Below are positions 25,714 through 40,395 of a DNA stretch of 64,000 nt, piece by piece (positions within the stretch are counted from its first letter, which is position 1; the number at the start of each line of letters is the position of its first letter). The DNA lies in NCBI RefSeq assembly GCF_026210795.1, contig NC_089434.1, positions 3,286,001 to 3,350,000 of the forward strand. The letters are read 5' to 3'. Under the pieces are notes generated by a model. That model was not told the origin of the DNA. It did not search any database and was given only the letters and a program-made list of their open reading frames with translations. Position numbers and translations under genes: made by a program. Source of the DNA: Rhizophagus irregularis (lineage: Eukaryota).

Positions 25714-25927
25714 GATTAATGATACAATGTTTAGATGCTGACCCATCCAATAGACCAACAGCATCTCAATTTTACGAATGTTTAGGAAATCGGGTTACGG
25801 CAATATGCGATGATCCTGATCCGTCGGATTTATCTAATCAATTTGACGTTGCTGAAGAAATTAAATTCTCAAATTTAGAACAGTTACATTTTAACATTTT
25901 ACTGTATCATGAGAGAGCCATCTATTA
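25714..25927 (+). pseudogene. Protein-kinase C-terminal fragment inserted in the repeat module
   Basis: LMIQCLDADPSNRPTASQ...HERAIY is kinase subdomain XI plus tail; other copies read cctttaa|tgttctaaa without it. Confidence 0.85.
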
Positions 25928-27669
25928 TGTTCTAAACTTTGGAAATATTGAAAAAGTCCATAAATTATTGTATGAAATTGATAATTTAATTAAGAAATGT
26001 CATTCATGATGTCTTAATTTTTACAAAAGGAATCTGGTACTTAATTAATTATCTTTAATCTGAAATATCAAAATGTTTTAAAGACAGCCAATTCAATGTG
26101 AATTTTTAATTTGGAACTTTACCTCCTAAAATTAATCATAATTTTAAACAAACCTGCATATAGAAAAAAAATATATTTTATCTATAGTTTGGGAAGAACG
26201 ATATATGTAATTTATAGCAACTGCGGTTTAAAATAATTGGTTGTTAATATTTCTACATTTTTTATCAAAATGAATCGAATTATTATAATTTTGAAAATAA
26301 TTGAAAAATCTATCAACTTAAATTCATGCATTATGTTATTTTATTAAAAAAAAAGATGTAACATCAGTCGTCAGTTGATATTTAATCTCTTTATGTGGTA
26401 TTGAAAATATACTACTCATAGGATATTAAAAAAAAAATGCTTCTTTATCCAACTATAATAATATCTCAAAATATTAAAGTTAGAGCGTTAGATCTAGAAT
26501 TAAAAAGTAAAAATCCTGTATCTTTACATTCTGAATCATTGAATTAAAATTATTATTTATTATATAAACGTTGTCTTAAACTACCATTCTTGCATATTCA
26601 CAATTAGAGTATAGGACAAGATAGATATATGTCATATATCGAATGCAATCACATATCAATGGCTCAAAGAGGGACAATATCAAATCATTTTAGAAGAAAC
26701 ATAACCTCCATTAATATACATCAGTAATCGTAAACTAAAAAAAAATCAGAGAATTAGATTAACTTTTAACTTGAATTTCAGATCATGAAATTTCAATGAA
26801 ATATTTTTACCTTTTGGGAATATTTTCACATCCATCATCATTATCAATGATTTGGAGAACATCACGTAAGCATGTAAAAAATTTCTTATTTAACTTCGAA
26901 TATTTTTTTGATATATTTGGGCACATAGATTACCATCACCAGTATAAATACAAGTTTTTCACCTTTAGGATTTAATTCTTTTAGAAAAATTATTTCAAAG
27001 TAAATGACAGGTTTTGTAACATTCTAAATCTTCAGTTCTATTATTGATAAATTATAAATGTCAGTAAATTTCAAAGAAAAATATTATAAATTTGTGATAA
27101 CGATCTATTACTAGCAAAAATTGGTTAAAGGGTCTTGACTTCTAAGAATATTCATATTTCTTTTGATTTCAATCATATTGCAAATTTTGTGATGAAATTA
27201 TTTTCATATATTTCCGTTGAGTATGTTTAACCAATATCGTAAAATGAAAAAGAGCATCCAAGCTTTAATACTAAGGAAAGGTTCAACTTACCATTAGTTT
27301 GAGTAAAGTTATTTTCCAACGTAACAAGACATATTTTTAATTAAAATAAATATTTTGCTTTCTCCCAAAAATTATTAGAAATTAGAAAATAAGCCATACT
27401 ATGAAATTAAGTATTTGTGGTTTTATTCTACAAGTTATCAGTTATTATTTCTTTTATAGTTAATATTATTTTTTCACGTCATGTTTGAGATATTTGGGTT
27501 TCTAAAATAGTTGCTTATAAAATAAAGGAAAAATATTACAAAAAAAACTTTTTCTGAAGGTAAATGGATGTAAAATAATAAATAATAGTATGGCTAAAGT
27601 AAGATCTACCCCAAAATTTAGGTCTATATTATGACATCGCTATCGTCATTCATTTTAAAAAAAAAAATA

Positions 27670-27777
27670 TTTTTTTTTTTTATATGGTGTTTTTTTTTAT
27701 ATGGTGTTTTTTTTTTATATGGTGTTTTTTTTTTATATGGTGTTTTTTTTTATATGGTGTTTTTTTTTTATATGGTG
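27670..27777. repeat. Minisatellite, 6 x poly-T + ATATGGTG (~17-18 bp)
   Basis: Read directly from the sequence. Confidence 0.95.
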
Positions 27778-28119
27778 ACCATTTTTTTTTAGGGTTCATT
27801 CGTTTCGGTATAAAAAAAAATGGGGGTGATTGTGTTTATTAAGAAAAAAAAATATTTAAAATTATGTAAATAAAAAATTTATGCATAGCTGCTTTTGGAC
27901 TATCAAAGAAAATGAAAAATATTTGGGCGGGGTTTTTTTTTGTGTCACCTTGACAGAATTACTAAATTCTATTTAAGAGCCTTATTTTTCGAACATCAAA
28001 AATATAAAAGTTTCTCCCTTAAGTTAAATATAGTTTTATAACATATCTAATATACATATTTGGTTCAATTATCGCTTTGAAGAAAAACTTCAAAATTTTT
28101 TATCCAAAAAGTTTTTACG

Positions 28120-28692
28120 ATGGCTTATGGATTCGATTTGGATTTTACTGAAATTATTAATGATAGAAACAATCATTTACAACAACCAACAAATGTGATC
28201 CAAATGGAACATACTCGAATGGAACTTAACCAAATGGAACATAATCAAATGGAACATACTTCAAATGTTCCATATAATAATAACTTTAATATTTCTCGCG
28301 ACTCTTCAGATACGACAACTTACACAACTGGCAATTACGAAGAATCCTCCTCTCTTATGGATAATCAACTTGGTACTTCAGCTCAATACTATGATCCTAC
28401 GTCCACTGCATCATATTACGCGCCGCAGTATAACTCTACACTTGATGATATTCAATTCCAAAATAACTTCTCATCAGTTAGTCCTCCTCAAACGGATAAT
28501 TCTGAAATCTTTAGACTTAATATTCCCGGATTTAAAATTATCGTTATACCTAATTCTGTAGATTTAGCTAATTTGGATTTACAAAATTTGTTTCCACAAG
28601 ACTCTAACCCAAATATCGTTACTGAAAACTTGCAAACTCACTCTCAAAATACTTTTGGTTTAAATGATTCATTTGATTTTAATAACTTTTAG
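28120..28692 (+). CDS. N/Q-rich family gene, copy 4 (190 aa, intact)
   Basis: ORF track and paralogy. Confidence 0.8.
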   Translation: MAYGFDLDFTEIINDRNNHLQQPTNVIQMEHTRMELNQMEHNQMEHTSNVPYNNNFNISRDSSDTTTYTTGNYEESSSLMDNQLGTSAQYYDPTSTASYYAPQYNSTLDDIQFQNNFSSVSPPQTDNSEIFRLNIPGFKIIVIPNSVDLANLDLQNLFPQDSNPNIVTENLQTHSQNTFGLNDSFDFNNF

Positions 28693-28884
28693 TAACTAAA
28701 TTTCTTTTTATCTAATTTATATTATTATTATTATTTCTTATCTGTATTTTTTAAATATGATTTTATTATATATTCATTATATAAATAAAGTTATACAAAT
28801 CTAATTATACTAAACAACAATGCTGGATGCAGGTCCTTTAAAACGATCTAAGGCAAAAGAATTGTGTTTTATTTGCGAATTTGT

Positions 28885-29024
28885 ATGATTGATTCCCGGC
28901 AATTCTTGAAATTTCTTTAAAATCTGTTCTAGGTTTTTGTCTTTAATTTATCTTGTAAATCTTTTCGATATAAAATAAACGCATTTTGAGGTCGAGTTAT
29001 TCTACCTTTTTTGTTTAAGTAGAC
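28885..29024 (-). pseudogene. MATA-type HMG-box fragment, copy 2
   Basis: VYLNKKGRITRPQNAFILYRKDLQDKLKT, then a frameshift, then PRTDFKEISRIAGNQ. Confidence 0.8.
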
Positions 29025-29048
29025 CAAACCTATAATCATTACAGATGA

Positions 29049-29265
29049 TTGTCCGAAGCGTTAGCGAAGGACTATTTACTGTACTGAACTAGCAAAAATT
29101 TGTTTTAACCCCCGTTTTTGTCACCACAATTGAATATGTATCACGATTTATGTAACACTGCCTATTTGACCCCTGAAATATGCCAAATAAATAAATGACA
29201 CGTAGATCACGTAACATTTGTGAGTTATGCAACGCGAAGGACTTAAACGGTTTCCGTTTTCCTAG
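29049..29265 (+). mobile_element. Non-autonomous Helitron (217 bp)
   Basis: Inserted between A and T with no TSD (empty site acagatga|tataataa at 1563-1578); 5' TT; 3' hairpin AAACGG-ttt-CCGTTT then CTAG. Confidence 0.9.
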
Positions 29266-31669
29266 TATAATAATTTTTTATACTGCTATATACATTTTAT
29301 GTGATATGTTTCAAAATAATTTTTGTCCTTTAATGTTCTAAATTTTAGAAAATATTGTAAAAGTCCATAACTTATTGTATGAAACTGATAATTTAATTAA
29401 GAAACGTCATTCAATGATGTCTTTTTATTTTTACAAGAGAATCTGGTAAATATCATTAATCAAATATTTTTAAAGACAGAACAATTCAATGTGAAATTTT
29501 TGGATTGGAACTTTACCTCCTAAAATTTATCGTAATTTTAAACAAACCTGCATGTTGAAGAATAGGGTATATTGAAAAAAATTAATTTTTATCTATAGTT
29601 TGGAAGCAAATCACAAGAACGTATATGTATTTATAGCAGCTGCGGCTTAAAATAAAATATTTTCACATTTTTCATTAAAATGAATCGAATTATTATAATT
29701 TTGAAAATAATTCTTCAAAATTTTGAAAATCTATTATCTTAAATTAATGCATTTAATAAAGAGTAAACAATAATGTTATTTTATTAAAAAAAGGTGTAAC
29801 GTCAGTCGTCAGTTGATATTTAATCTCTTTATGAGGTATTGAAAATTTACTACTCATAGGATATTAAAAAAAATGCTTCTTTATCTAACAATAATAATAT
29901 CTCAAAATATTAACGTTATTCATAAAGAGCGTTAGATCTAGAATTAAAAAGTAAAAATCCTTGACTTCAATGAATATTATTAAATTCTACTGCAATTCTA
30001 TATAAAATTTACATCTTTTCATTCCGAATCATTGAATTAAAATTATTATTTATTATTTTATCGAACGCAATCACAAATCAATGGCTCAAAGAGTACAATA
30101 TCAAAACATTTTAGAAGAAACGTAACCTCCATTAATATATATCAGTAACCGTAAACTAAAAAAAAAATCAGAGAATTAGTTTAACTTTTAACTTGAATTT
30201 CAGATCATGAAATTTTAGTGAAATATTTTTACCTTTTGGAAATATTTTCACATCCATTATCTCATGATACATTTTGGCCACTATTTACCGTCATCAATAT
30301 AAATACAAGTTCTTTAGAAAAATTATTTCAAAATAAACAGCAGTTTTTGTTTCTTTTTACATCTTAGCTGAATTATGAAGGAACTTATTATCTAATAAAA
30401 ATTTGATATTAAAAAATATATTTTTAATTGAAATTTTGCAAAATATCTTATCAGTAATTTAGCATTTAGCAAATTGAGTTACCTTTTTCTTTTTCTGCTT
30501 TAGAATTCTAAACCTTCAATTAGGTTCGTTCTATTATTGATAAATTATAAATGTTAGAAAATCTCAAATATTATAAATTCGTGATAATGATCTATTACTG
30601 GCAAAAATCGGTTAAAGGGTCAAATTTTGTTGTGGGATTATTTTTCAGATAATAAAAGATATTAAACATATACATGTATTTCCACTATATATGTTTAACC
30701 AATATTGTAAAATGAAAAGCACCAAAATCAAAGTTTTAACGCTAATGAAGATTCCAGCTTACTATTAATTTGGGTATTAAAGTGTTATTCTCCAGTGTAA
30801 CAAAGACATATTTTTCAATTAAAAAAAAATTATTAGAAATTTCATACTATGAAATTAAGTGTTCTTTATGTTTTTATTTTACAAATTATTATTTCTATTA
30901 TATTTTTTTCACGTTAAAATTGTTGTGATTGAAAATATTTGGGTGGCTTTCTAAAATAGTTGTTCAAAATGCTCCTCATAAAACAAGAGGAAAAATTTAC
31001 GTAATTACAAAGAAAGTGTGCTCACGTTGTTAAAGTTATTAAACCTTGCTAAAGACTTAAAAAGTAATAAATAAAACTTATTTCTAGCAAAAAATTTTCA
31101 GCCCACTTATTACTATGTATCACCTTACATGGATTATTTAAAATACCCGGATATATCGTACTTATTTCCGTACATAATACTCAATACTTTATAAACTACA
31201 ATATTTCCAAAATTTTTTTCTTTTTCTTCTTTTTTAGAAATGTAGTAAATAGGAATATAATAAGCAATTTTACAATGATGAATATGATGAATGAAAAAAA
31301 GATCTCTCATGATTATCTGAGGTAGCACATTATATTTAATCAGTTTTGTTTTTTGATTTAAACTATAAAAAAAAAATAATTAACAGTATGTTTTTCTAAT
31401 ATGTGATGATTTACAATTGTTTTAAGTTGTGATGATTTACAGTTCGTTTGTCGCGAGTATTCATTCAAAATCCTAATATAGATAAGCCTATAATGTAAGC
31501 AGTATATGTGATAAATTATTAAAAAATAACGAAATTTTTTTTTTTTTCGGTTTCATAAAATATAGTGTTATAATATATCTAGTATACATATTAAAAAGAA
31601 TTTGGCTTTGAAGAAAAAAAATAATATATTTTGAGAAAACATCTTTAAGAATTTTTATAGTAGAGCAAA

Positions 31670-31992
31670 AAGTTTTTAGATCCGATTTGGATTTAACATA
31701 CTCCAACTGTTCCATATAATATGACTACGAAGGGTCCTCTTTTATAGATAATCAACTTGATATTTCAACTCAATACTATCATCCTACGTTCAGTCGTTCA
31801 CTACATCGTATTATGTGTCGCCAATTCTGAGATCTTTAGATTTAACATTCTCAAGTTTAAAATTATCGTTATACTTAATCCTGTAAATTTAGCTAATTTT
31901 ACAAAATTTGTTTTTACATGACTCAACCTCAAATATCGTTACTGATAATTCATAAACTCACTCTAAGAATATATTTTTGGTTTGAATGATTC
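31670..31992 (+). pseudogene. Deleted remnant of the N/Q-rich family gene
   Basis: Colinear pieces (gatccgatttggattt; gataatcaacttg; aattctgagatctttaga; aaatatcgttactga) with deletions and no ATG. Confidence 0.85.
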
Positions 31993-32179
31993 TAATTTAC
32001 ATTATTATTCTTATCTAATTATCCAGAGTCCTACGTTTACCGAAAAGTTTGATCACGTGAGAATATATATAGTACAAAATTTCCCAATAGAGGTCACATT
32101 TTTATTCAAAAAATGATTCGTCACAACATATGTGATACAAAATTCCTTTCAAAAAGGTGAGACGGTTGATCAAATTACG

Positions 32180-33560
32180 AGATAATTATCTCCCTTCTAA
32201 CTTCAATTTCTGACATATTTACAAAGAGGCCAAACGCCTGACAAACTATTTCAAGGTTAATTTTTTTTTTGAAAATGAGAATTAAGAAAATTTGAAAAAT
32301 TTACCAAATCTTAAATATTTTTTAGACTCAATTAAATTTCTTAAAATATCGTAGTAAAACATTACAGGTATGAAGTCGTCTTTTGTTTTTAACTAATTGT
32401 ATATAATCAGAATTAACATCACCTGTTCTAAATATATTTCTAGATGTTTAATAAATATAAAATATTTTGAAATAATTGCCATATATTACGTTGAAGGGCA
32501 TATTTCACAAATAATAATTTATTAAACAATGTGAAATAGCACATCATCGACGAGACTTTTTCATTTCAGCAGGCTTTCAAGTCTTCAAAATAGCCCAACA
32601 AATTCTTCAGTATAATTTTAATAAAGAAGGTTCTCAGCGTCCTGAATACGATCTCATTCAAATGATTGAAAAGTAAATGTCCAACTTTTTGAACTCTATC
32701 TGAGATCTGCTTATTCGAAAGAGAAATCGGCTATGTACCTTATTCAAAGATCAAAAACTTTAAGTTGAAGGTCGCACAAAGCAACGATTTCATAGTTTCC
32801 ATCATTTGCCAATTATATGTGGGTGAAATTAGCTCACCATCAAAGAAAAATTATAATGATCACATTCATCAGGTGCGTTTATGAAAGATATAGAAATTGA
32901 TAGAGGACAATCAGCTGCGGACGGCGAACGTAATACAGATTCTGAACATCTCGAGATGGCTGAGTGAAAATCATGAGATGTTCAGAATCAATTCGACGAT
33001 GACATTCATCTATTGACAAGGATGCGAATATAAAAGTGCTGAGATTTCAATGCATTGATGCATTGGTAAGAAAAATTATCATCTTGTTTTTTTTCCTATT
33101 TTATTCTTTTAATCACTTGTTAGTTATTTATAGATTATAATAAACTTGATTATTAAACGCTTTTTAATAGGCAACTGTCACAACTTAGGAATTTAAAATT
33201 AAAACGCTGAGTAAGAAAGTGGATGAAACTTTGGATTTTTTTAATTCTAATAAAAACAAAAAAAAAATTTCGAGACGAGTTAGTTGTTGGACCTTAGAAA
33301 TATATACTATGGTTCATATTGGACAAGTATTAATTCTAGTATCCTCAAAGGATATGTCATCATTTATAGTTAGTAGAGAATTATCTTTAGGAATACAAAA
33401 TATTTTTCGCAAACCTCTATACTAGCTTTATAATCTGGGATCACTGACAAAAAAAGCAACATTCAAATAAGATACCTTTGCACTCCAAAGTTTCAACAGT
33501 TAGTTAGCAAGACGTACAATGTTAATGGATCCTGTCCATTTTGGTTTGGACATTTTTAAT
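32180..33560 (+). pseudogene. Decayed multi-exon gene, possibly PD-(D/E)xK nuclease-like
   Basis: Fragments EGRTKQ/DFIVS...LYVGEISSP, AFMKD, IKVLRFQCID and YTMVHIGQV; many frameshifts. Confidence 0.45.
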
Positions 33561-36347
33561 ATATAGAGTGCCACATCAAAAAATTTATTATTGTTATTAT
33601 ATGACTCATGTAACTCGCATTCTTTGTACGTATAACATAAATATTAAATTGTAATGCTCATGTGTATTTTATTTCGGAAAAATGATTATAGTGTGAACTT
33701 AATGTAAGTTATCATTTTCGTGTGATCTACAATACGTATTATAAACTTTTAGCTTGTCTTTTATGTAGTGTGTGGTATAAATACTATAATTTTTTTTTGC
33801 AATTTTCGGCACTATCAGCTAGTGCATAATTTTATTTTGTTCAAACACTTAAACATTATACAGACTAAAATAAATTCATTATTAAAAAGTCAAATATAGA
33901 AGAGATTTATTGATTTATATGCATAAATACCCACTTTTCATCTTGATTATAAACTATAAAATGCCATCAAGTCTAGTCAAAAGAATTACTTAATATGGAT
34001 TGAACACTATTGGTATCATAAATTAATTGTTTATGAAAAGAAAAAAATTCAAAATCTTTTTGAATATTGGAATACAAACAGAAAATAGTGATTTTCAGAT
34101 AAAGCAATATCAAACTGATTTTGTTTGAATTATTGATTTTTAAAAAGGTTAATTTATCATTAACCCATGCAATAGGTATTTTAAATTCCTCATTTAAAAT
34201 TTCTATATCTTAGCAAGTATAGTGATGTATTTTTTAACTTTTATTTCTGAATCTGACTTTGAATGCAGAATTTTCGATAATGAAGTAGAATTCTTATTCT
34301 AATACTAACTAAAATTATACATTATATATTCTAAACTTTCTGTCTTTTCACTCATTTGACATTTCAAATTAATGATGAGTCTTATAAAAATAATAAAAAT
34401 CACGAATCAATATTTTCAAAGTTTAGATAATTGAAATATAAAAAATATAAAAAAAAGGAGATTTATTTATCATGAAATATATAGTTGATAGAAGTATGAA
34501 TATTATTATATCGTTCAGTTAAATATGTGATGATCAAAAAATGCAACTACTTCAGTTTTCTATCATTATTTGTATTTATTTCAGTATAAATTTAAATTTA
34601 TATATACTTTAGACAATATACGCATTTGAAGTAGAGTATAAATACATCATTTTATCAAAAAGAATGCTTTCTTTCATATATGGTACTAAATATATATATA
34701 TATATATACTTCCAACTTTCATCTTAAAAACTAATATTTAAGCGTAGCATTAAATTGCCGTTTATGTATATTCCATTACGTTTTTGATAGGTACAATTAG
34801 GAATTAGGACAAGATAAGTTTGAATCACAATTCAATGGCTCAAAGGTGAGAAACACATCCATCAAATACATCTTTACCACTTCGTAAACTAAAAAATCAG
34901 AGAATTAAATAATTTTTAATTTGAATTTCAAATCACGAAATTTCAGTGAAATATTTTTACCTTTTGAGAACATTTCGCATCCTTCATCATTATCAATGAT
35001 TTGGAGAACATCACGCAAGTATGCAAAAAATTTCTTGTTGAATTTCGAGTATTTTTTGATATATTTGGCCACAGATTAATATAATTTAAATAATATATAT
35101 ATTAACAAATATCCCACCCACATATGTCATATAAAGAATTATGTTCTGTAGTAAGAGAATCTTTCCGAGGTGAAGTTATTTTGAACCTACAGTATAAATT
35201 TTGTTATAAATAAGTTAAAACTTTATACTGAACGTATGCAAGAAAGTCTTAACGTTGCTACTCAAAAATATATTGGTGACTGTGATAAACCAAATGTATA
35301 AGTTTTTCACCTTTGGGATTTCAAAGTAAATGACAGAGTTTTATAACATTCAAAAACTTCAATTAGGTTCGTTCTATTATTGATAAATTATAAATGTCAA
35401 TAAATTTCAAAGAAAAAGTATTATAAATTTGTAATACCGATCCATTACAATCGAAAAATCGATTAAAGTGAGTCATTATTAGGAATATTCATATTTCTTT
35501 TGATTTCAATCATATTGCAAATTTCGTTATGAAACAATTTTAAGATATAATTCCGTTGCATATGTTTAACCAATATCGTAAAATGAAAAAGAGTATTCGA
35601 ACTAAAGTTATTAAGAAAAGTTCCAGCTTACCATAGTTTGAGTATTAAAATGTTACTCTCCAGCGTAACAATACATATTTTCAATTAAAAAATAAAAAAA
35701 TCAAGACTGTCTTAAGTATTCGTGGTTTTATTCTACAAGTTATTATTTTTTAGTTAGCATTATCTTTTCACGTCATGTTTGGTTTCTAAAATAGTTGCTT
35801 ATAAAATAAAGGACACAAATAAACATTTTTTATTCGTCGGTTTAAACGTTACACTAAAATAATTTTACTTGGTTAAATGGATTTACGATGAATATTGATG
35901 ATATTAATATTTACTTGGTTTACTTGGTTAATGATCTACGATGATAAACGTTATCTTATCACGCACTAATAAGTTGTTATCTTTGTGCCCGCCCTATCAT
36001 TGTGCCTCAAAATATTTATCTGTTGTGGTTCTCAATTTTTTTTTAAATTATATCATATTACTTTAATCTCTTTAATCTAGATACTTTCATCTTCTTTTTC
36101 GTATAAAATTACACTAAAATAATTGACATTTTAAGTTACAAAAATATTTTTTATTTGGTCTACACTAAAATATTTTTATTATTTTAAAAAAAATCTATTT
36201 AATGGCCTTATTTTTCGAACATCAAAAATTTAAAAGTTTCTCTCTTAAGATAAATATAGTTTTATAACATATCTAATATACATATTTGATTCAATTATCG
36301 CTTTGAAGAAAACTTCGAAATTTTTTATAGAGCAAAAAGTTTTTACG

Positions 36348-36908
36348 ATGGCTCATGGATCCGATTTGGATTTTACTGAAATTATTAATGATGGAAACAA
36401 TCATTTACAACAACCAACAAATGTGATCCAAATGGAGCATACTCGAATGGAACTTAACCAAATGGAACATAATCAAATGGAATATATCCCAAATGTTCCA
36501 CATAATAATAACTTTAATATTTCTCGCGACCCTTCAGTTACGACAACTTACACAACTGGCAATTACGAAGAGTCCTCTCTTATGGATAATCAACTTGGTA
36601 CTTCAACTCAATACCATTATCCTACGTTTACTACATCGTATCACGCGCCGCAGTATAACTCCCCTCTTGAAGATATTCAATTCCAAAATAACTCCTATAC
36701 TCTTCAGACGGATAATTCTGAGATCTTTAGACTTAATATTCCCGGGTTTAAAATCATCGTTATACCTAATTTTGTAAATTTAGCTAATTTGGATTTACAA
36801 AATTTGTTTCCACAAGACTCAAACCCAAATATCGTTACTGGAAACTCGCAAACTTACTCTCAAAATACTATTGATTTAAATGATTCATTTAATTTTAATA
36901 ACTTTTAG
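36348..36908 (+). CDS. N/Q-rich family gene, copy 5 (186 aa from the ATG)
   Basis: ATG at 36348 matches the paralog starts. Confidence 0.8.
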   Translation: MAHGSDLDFTEIINDGNNHLQQPTNVIQMEHTRMELNQMEHNQMEYIPNVPHNNNFNISRDPSVTTTYTTGNYEESSLMDNQLGTSTQYHYPTFTTSYHAPQYNSPLEDIQFQNNSYTLQTDNSEIFRLNIPGFKIIVIPNFVNLANLDLQNLFPQDSNPNIVTGNSQTYSQNTIDLNDSFNFNNF

Positions 36909-38599
36909 TAACTAAACAATATTCTTTTCTTTTTCTCTAATTTGATATTTAAATATTTTTATTATGTAATCATTTTCATTATATTGTTTAATAAAGTTAT
37001 ATTTATCTGACCAATTATTTTAAGCCGCAGTTATTATTTAATGTATTTCATTCGTTCTTGTGGTTTTTTGCTCCCTAGCTAAAAAAAAAAATTTTTTTTT
37101 CAATATACCCACTCTTTAACATGCGGATTCTTTTAAATTTTAGGAATTAAAGACTCCAAATACAATTAATTCTCTTTGCCATCTTTAAAATATGATTCTA
37201 GAACTTTTACTAAAGTAAGTGTATTTGAATTGTGTAGCAGAATTTTCGGTAATGAGATAGAATTCTTATCCCGATGCTAACTAAAATTATACATTAAACC
37301 TCCTGTCATTTCACTCATTTGACATTGATGTGAAATACTAGAGTCATAAAAATAAAAAACCGCGAATGGCATTTCTGTTATTAAATTATCAATGCCATAT
37401 AAATAGGGACTTTTTCAATATTTTCCAAAATTTAGATAATTTAAATTATTTTGAAATAGACAAAAAAGATCTATTTATCATGAAATGTATAGCTGATAGT
37501 ATGTAGTATAAAAATTATTATACCGTTCAATTAAATATGTGATGGAATAATTTATTGAGATATCGATAATTTGATGTATACTTTATTTTAATATTTATCA
37601 GTATAAATTTAAAAATTTATATATACTTCAGCCAATATATGTATTTGAAGTAGGGTCCCAAATCATTAAATTAAAAACTATTATTTAAGCGTAGCATTAA
37701 ATTGCCGTTTTATGTATACTACATTTTTGATAGGTAATAATTAGGACATTAGGAGTTAGGACAAGATAGATATAATCAATGGCTCAAAGGGAAGAAACAC
37801 CTCCATCAAATACATCGTTACAACTTCGTAAACTAAAAAAACCAGAGAATTAATTAAATTGAACTTCGTGTATTTGGTCACATAGATTACCACCATTAAG
37901 TTTTCACCTTTGGGTTTAATTCTTTTAGAAAAATTATTTCAAAGTAAATGACAGAGTTTTGTAACATTATAAATTTTCAATTAGGTTCGTTCTATTATTG
38001 ATAAATCATAAATGTCAGAAAAATCTCCAAATATAAATTCGTGATACCGAGCAAAAAATTGGTTAAAGGATCCTCTGTACTACGATATATACATAATTAT
38101 TGTACCACTTTATATACTCCCTTTTTTTCGAAGTTGCCACATTTTTTTTCTGTAAATTTTTTAGTCGACTAATCAAAAAAAAATCAAAAGGAACGGGATA
38201 GTTTATCTTTGTTCGCAATAGAAAAAAACTATCAATCAATAATTCAAAGAAAAATATATATAGAAAGTAGCAAAAGGTTTTTAATGGGACAAATCATGAA
38301 AGAATTTCTTTCTATAAAAGTTCAAGTAGAAGCAAAAAAAGTTACTTCTATTTTGGACAAAAAAAAATAAAAAAATTACTTCATTCTTCTGAACGAAATT
38401 AACTATCCATTTGGAATGATCTTTTCAAAAGAAGGATTTTTTTGTTCAATAAATTGACAAATGTAAGAGTAACTATCAAGTTTTTTTGATATTTTCTTTT
38501 CTAGTTGATTCATTTTGTAATTTAAAGACAAATAAATTTCTTCTTTTCTTTTTATTTTAGATTTTTCTAAAAGGGAATTACAACGTAAATATACGTATG

Positions 38600-39660
38600 A
38601 AAAAATACTACTCCAGTCAATTATTGCCCCATCTGGTTTTGTTTGGCGTTTTTTCGGTGACGGTGTATAGGGGGAAGGTAGTAAAATTTCTCTTTTTAAC
38701 GGATTGGGCTACGTCTAAATCTTAGGATTGGGAATTTGCCTTCGGGTTGATTTAAGCTAGGTTAGATTTGAATGATCTTTTATATAGTAAATGTACTATT
38801 CTCCTTTGATCTTCTTATCTCTTGATAAAGTTGTTATTATGCGTTAAAAAAAAAAAAATCTACTCCAGTCAATGGCCGTGCAACGATAGAAAACGAGACA
38901 CGCTAGCAGAAAATTAAACGAAGAACTTGTTCGGTTTCTGGCGTGAGAAAGAAGACTTTGAAATTTAGCGAGGAGCAATGAGAATATTGGAAAATAAATA
39001 GATCAAATGATTGTACATTTTCAAATAGCCGAAGAACTTTTACAGATTTAGTTTGGGCTAGCGAAAAATCTTCGACTTATTAAGGTATGAAGAAAAGAAC
39101 AACATCCGGTCTCTTAATACTGGAATAAGTTTATCCATTGAGGAAGAATTTGCAAAATACAGCATTGACTCACTGATACATACATTTTCCAGTTATTCAC
39201 TCCTCGAATCCAAATTTAAGACGATAATGAGTATTTCATAAATTGCATAGAAGATACTTGGAGGGTATTTCTGAAGGAAATATATTGTTCATTCTGTAAA
39301 CTAGTAGAACTGAGAATAGCTTAGGGGTCTTTAGTCTTAGTCTATAAGGATCTTATAATTTTATCATGAGACAAAATACGAAATAATTGGAATTCCGGAT
39401 GAGTCGATTATGTGATCAAGGTGAGGATTATCTTTCTGGTTTATGATGCTTTATGGCTTAAATAGCATCATTCCTACAAGACTCTCTACGAACTGGCAAA
39501 TTATTCTGATCGTATGTTTCGCCACTTTGTATGAATTTCTCATGTAATAAATTTAACATTTATATTTTATTCTAGGTATCTGAAACTTATTTGTGTTGTG
39601 GAAGACAAAGTGCATCGACTAATACGTGAAGGCTTCGTTCAAAATATCAATTTAACTTGA
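38600..39660 (+). pseudogene. Decayed coding remnant, family unknown
   Basis: Higher GC, short protein-like frames and splice-like sites; no long ORF. Confidence 0.3.
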
Positions 39661-40395
39661 GCTCGTTTGAAACGATTAAATAAAAAAAATGAAAACAGAA
39701 CGATCATGATTTCGATTACCTTTATGGCACTATCACAACCGGTATATATTACTAAAGTGTTACTACGTCTTTGTCCATTTCTCACTTATAAGTTGTATTT
39801 TATTAACTATTTTTTTTCGTTATATACGGCTCGAAAATTGTATTTTTTCTTTGCAGTCCTAGCATGATTTCACAGAGCAGCGGGTATTTCGGAATTGACT
39901 TGTATAATTTAGAATAAGCATGGTTTTCATGCTTATATTCTGTCGTTTTGCTATTCGAAAATAATTGTTAATACGAAAAATTCTCATTTTTCATCATTGG
40001 ATTATTTTTTAGCAAGTTTTGGATTATATCTAGTAATTCTTCGATTTCGAGAGAAATGTTCTTATGCGTTTTAATAAAAAAATCACAGTCTCGTCGTAAC
40101 TCAAATACCATTAGAATTATAGTTTGTTGTAAGCACACAATTTTATTCTTAGTGATCTATATTACGAAGTATCATTTATATCAAGAAAGATTGTTTAAAA
40201 ATATTTTACGTCAAATCCTCAATAAGAATAAAAATATGTTATTAAATTACGCGGTTACGATATACGACATAAAAACTATTTAATATTATGATTATCATTA
40301 TTTGTTTCTTCGCAAAAGTGATGACGTCTAGTCACATTAATAAAATATCAGCATATTAACTAAGATACTTTCAGTAATGGAGATACAAAGTAATA

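Noticed and set aside
27670..27777. Possible CRISPR-like array to accompany the Cas2-like gene
   Set aside because: The units are separated only by poly-T, with no unique spacers. No repeat-spacer array or cas1 was seen anywhere in the window.
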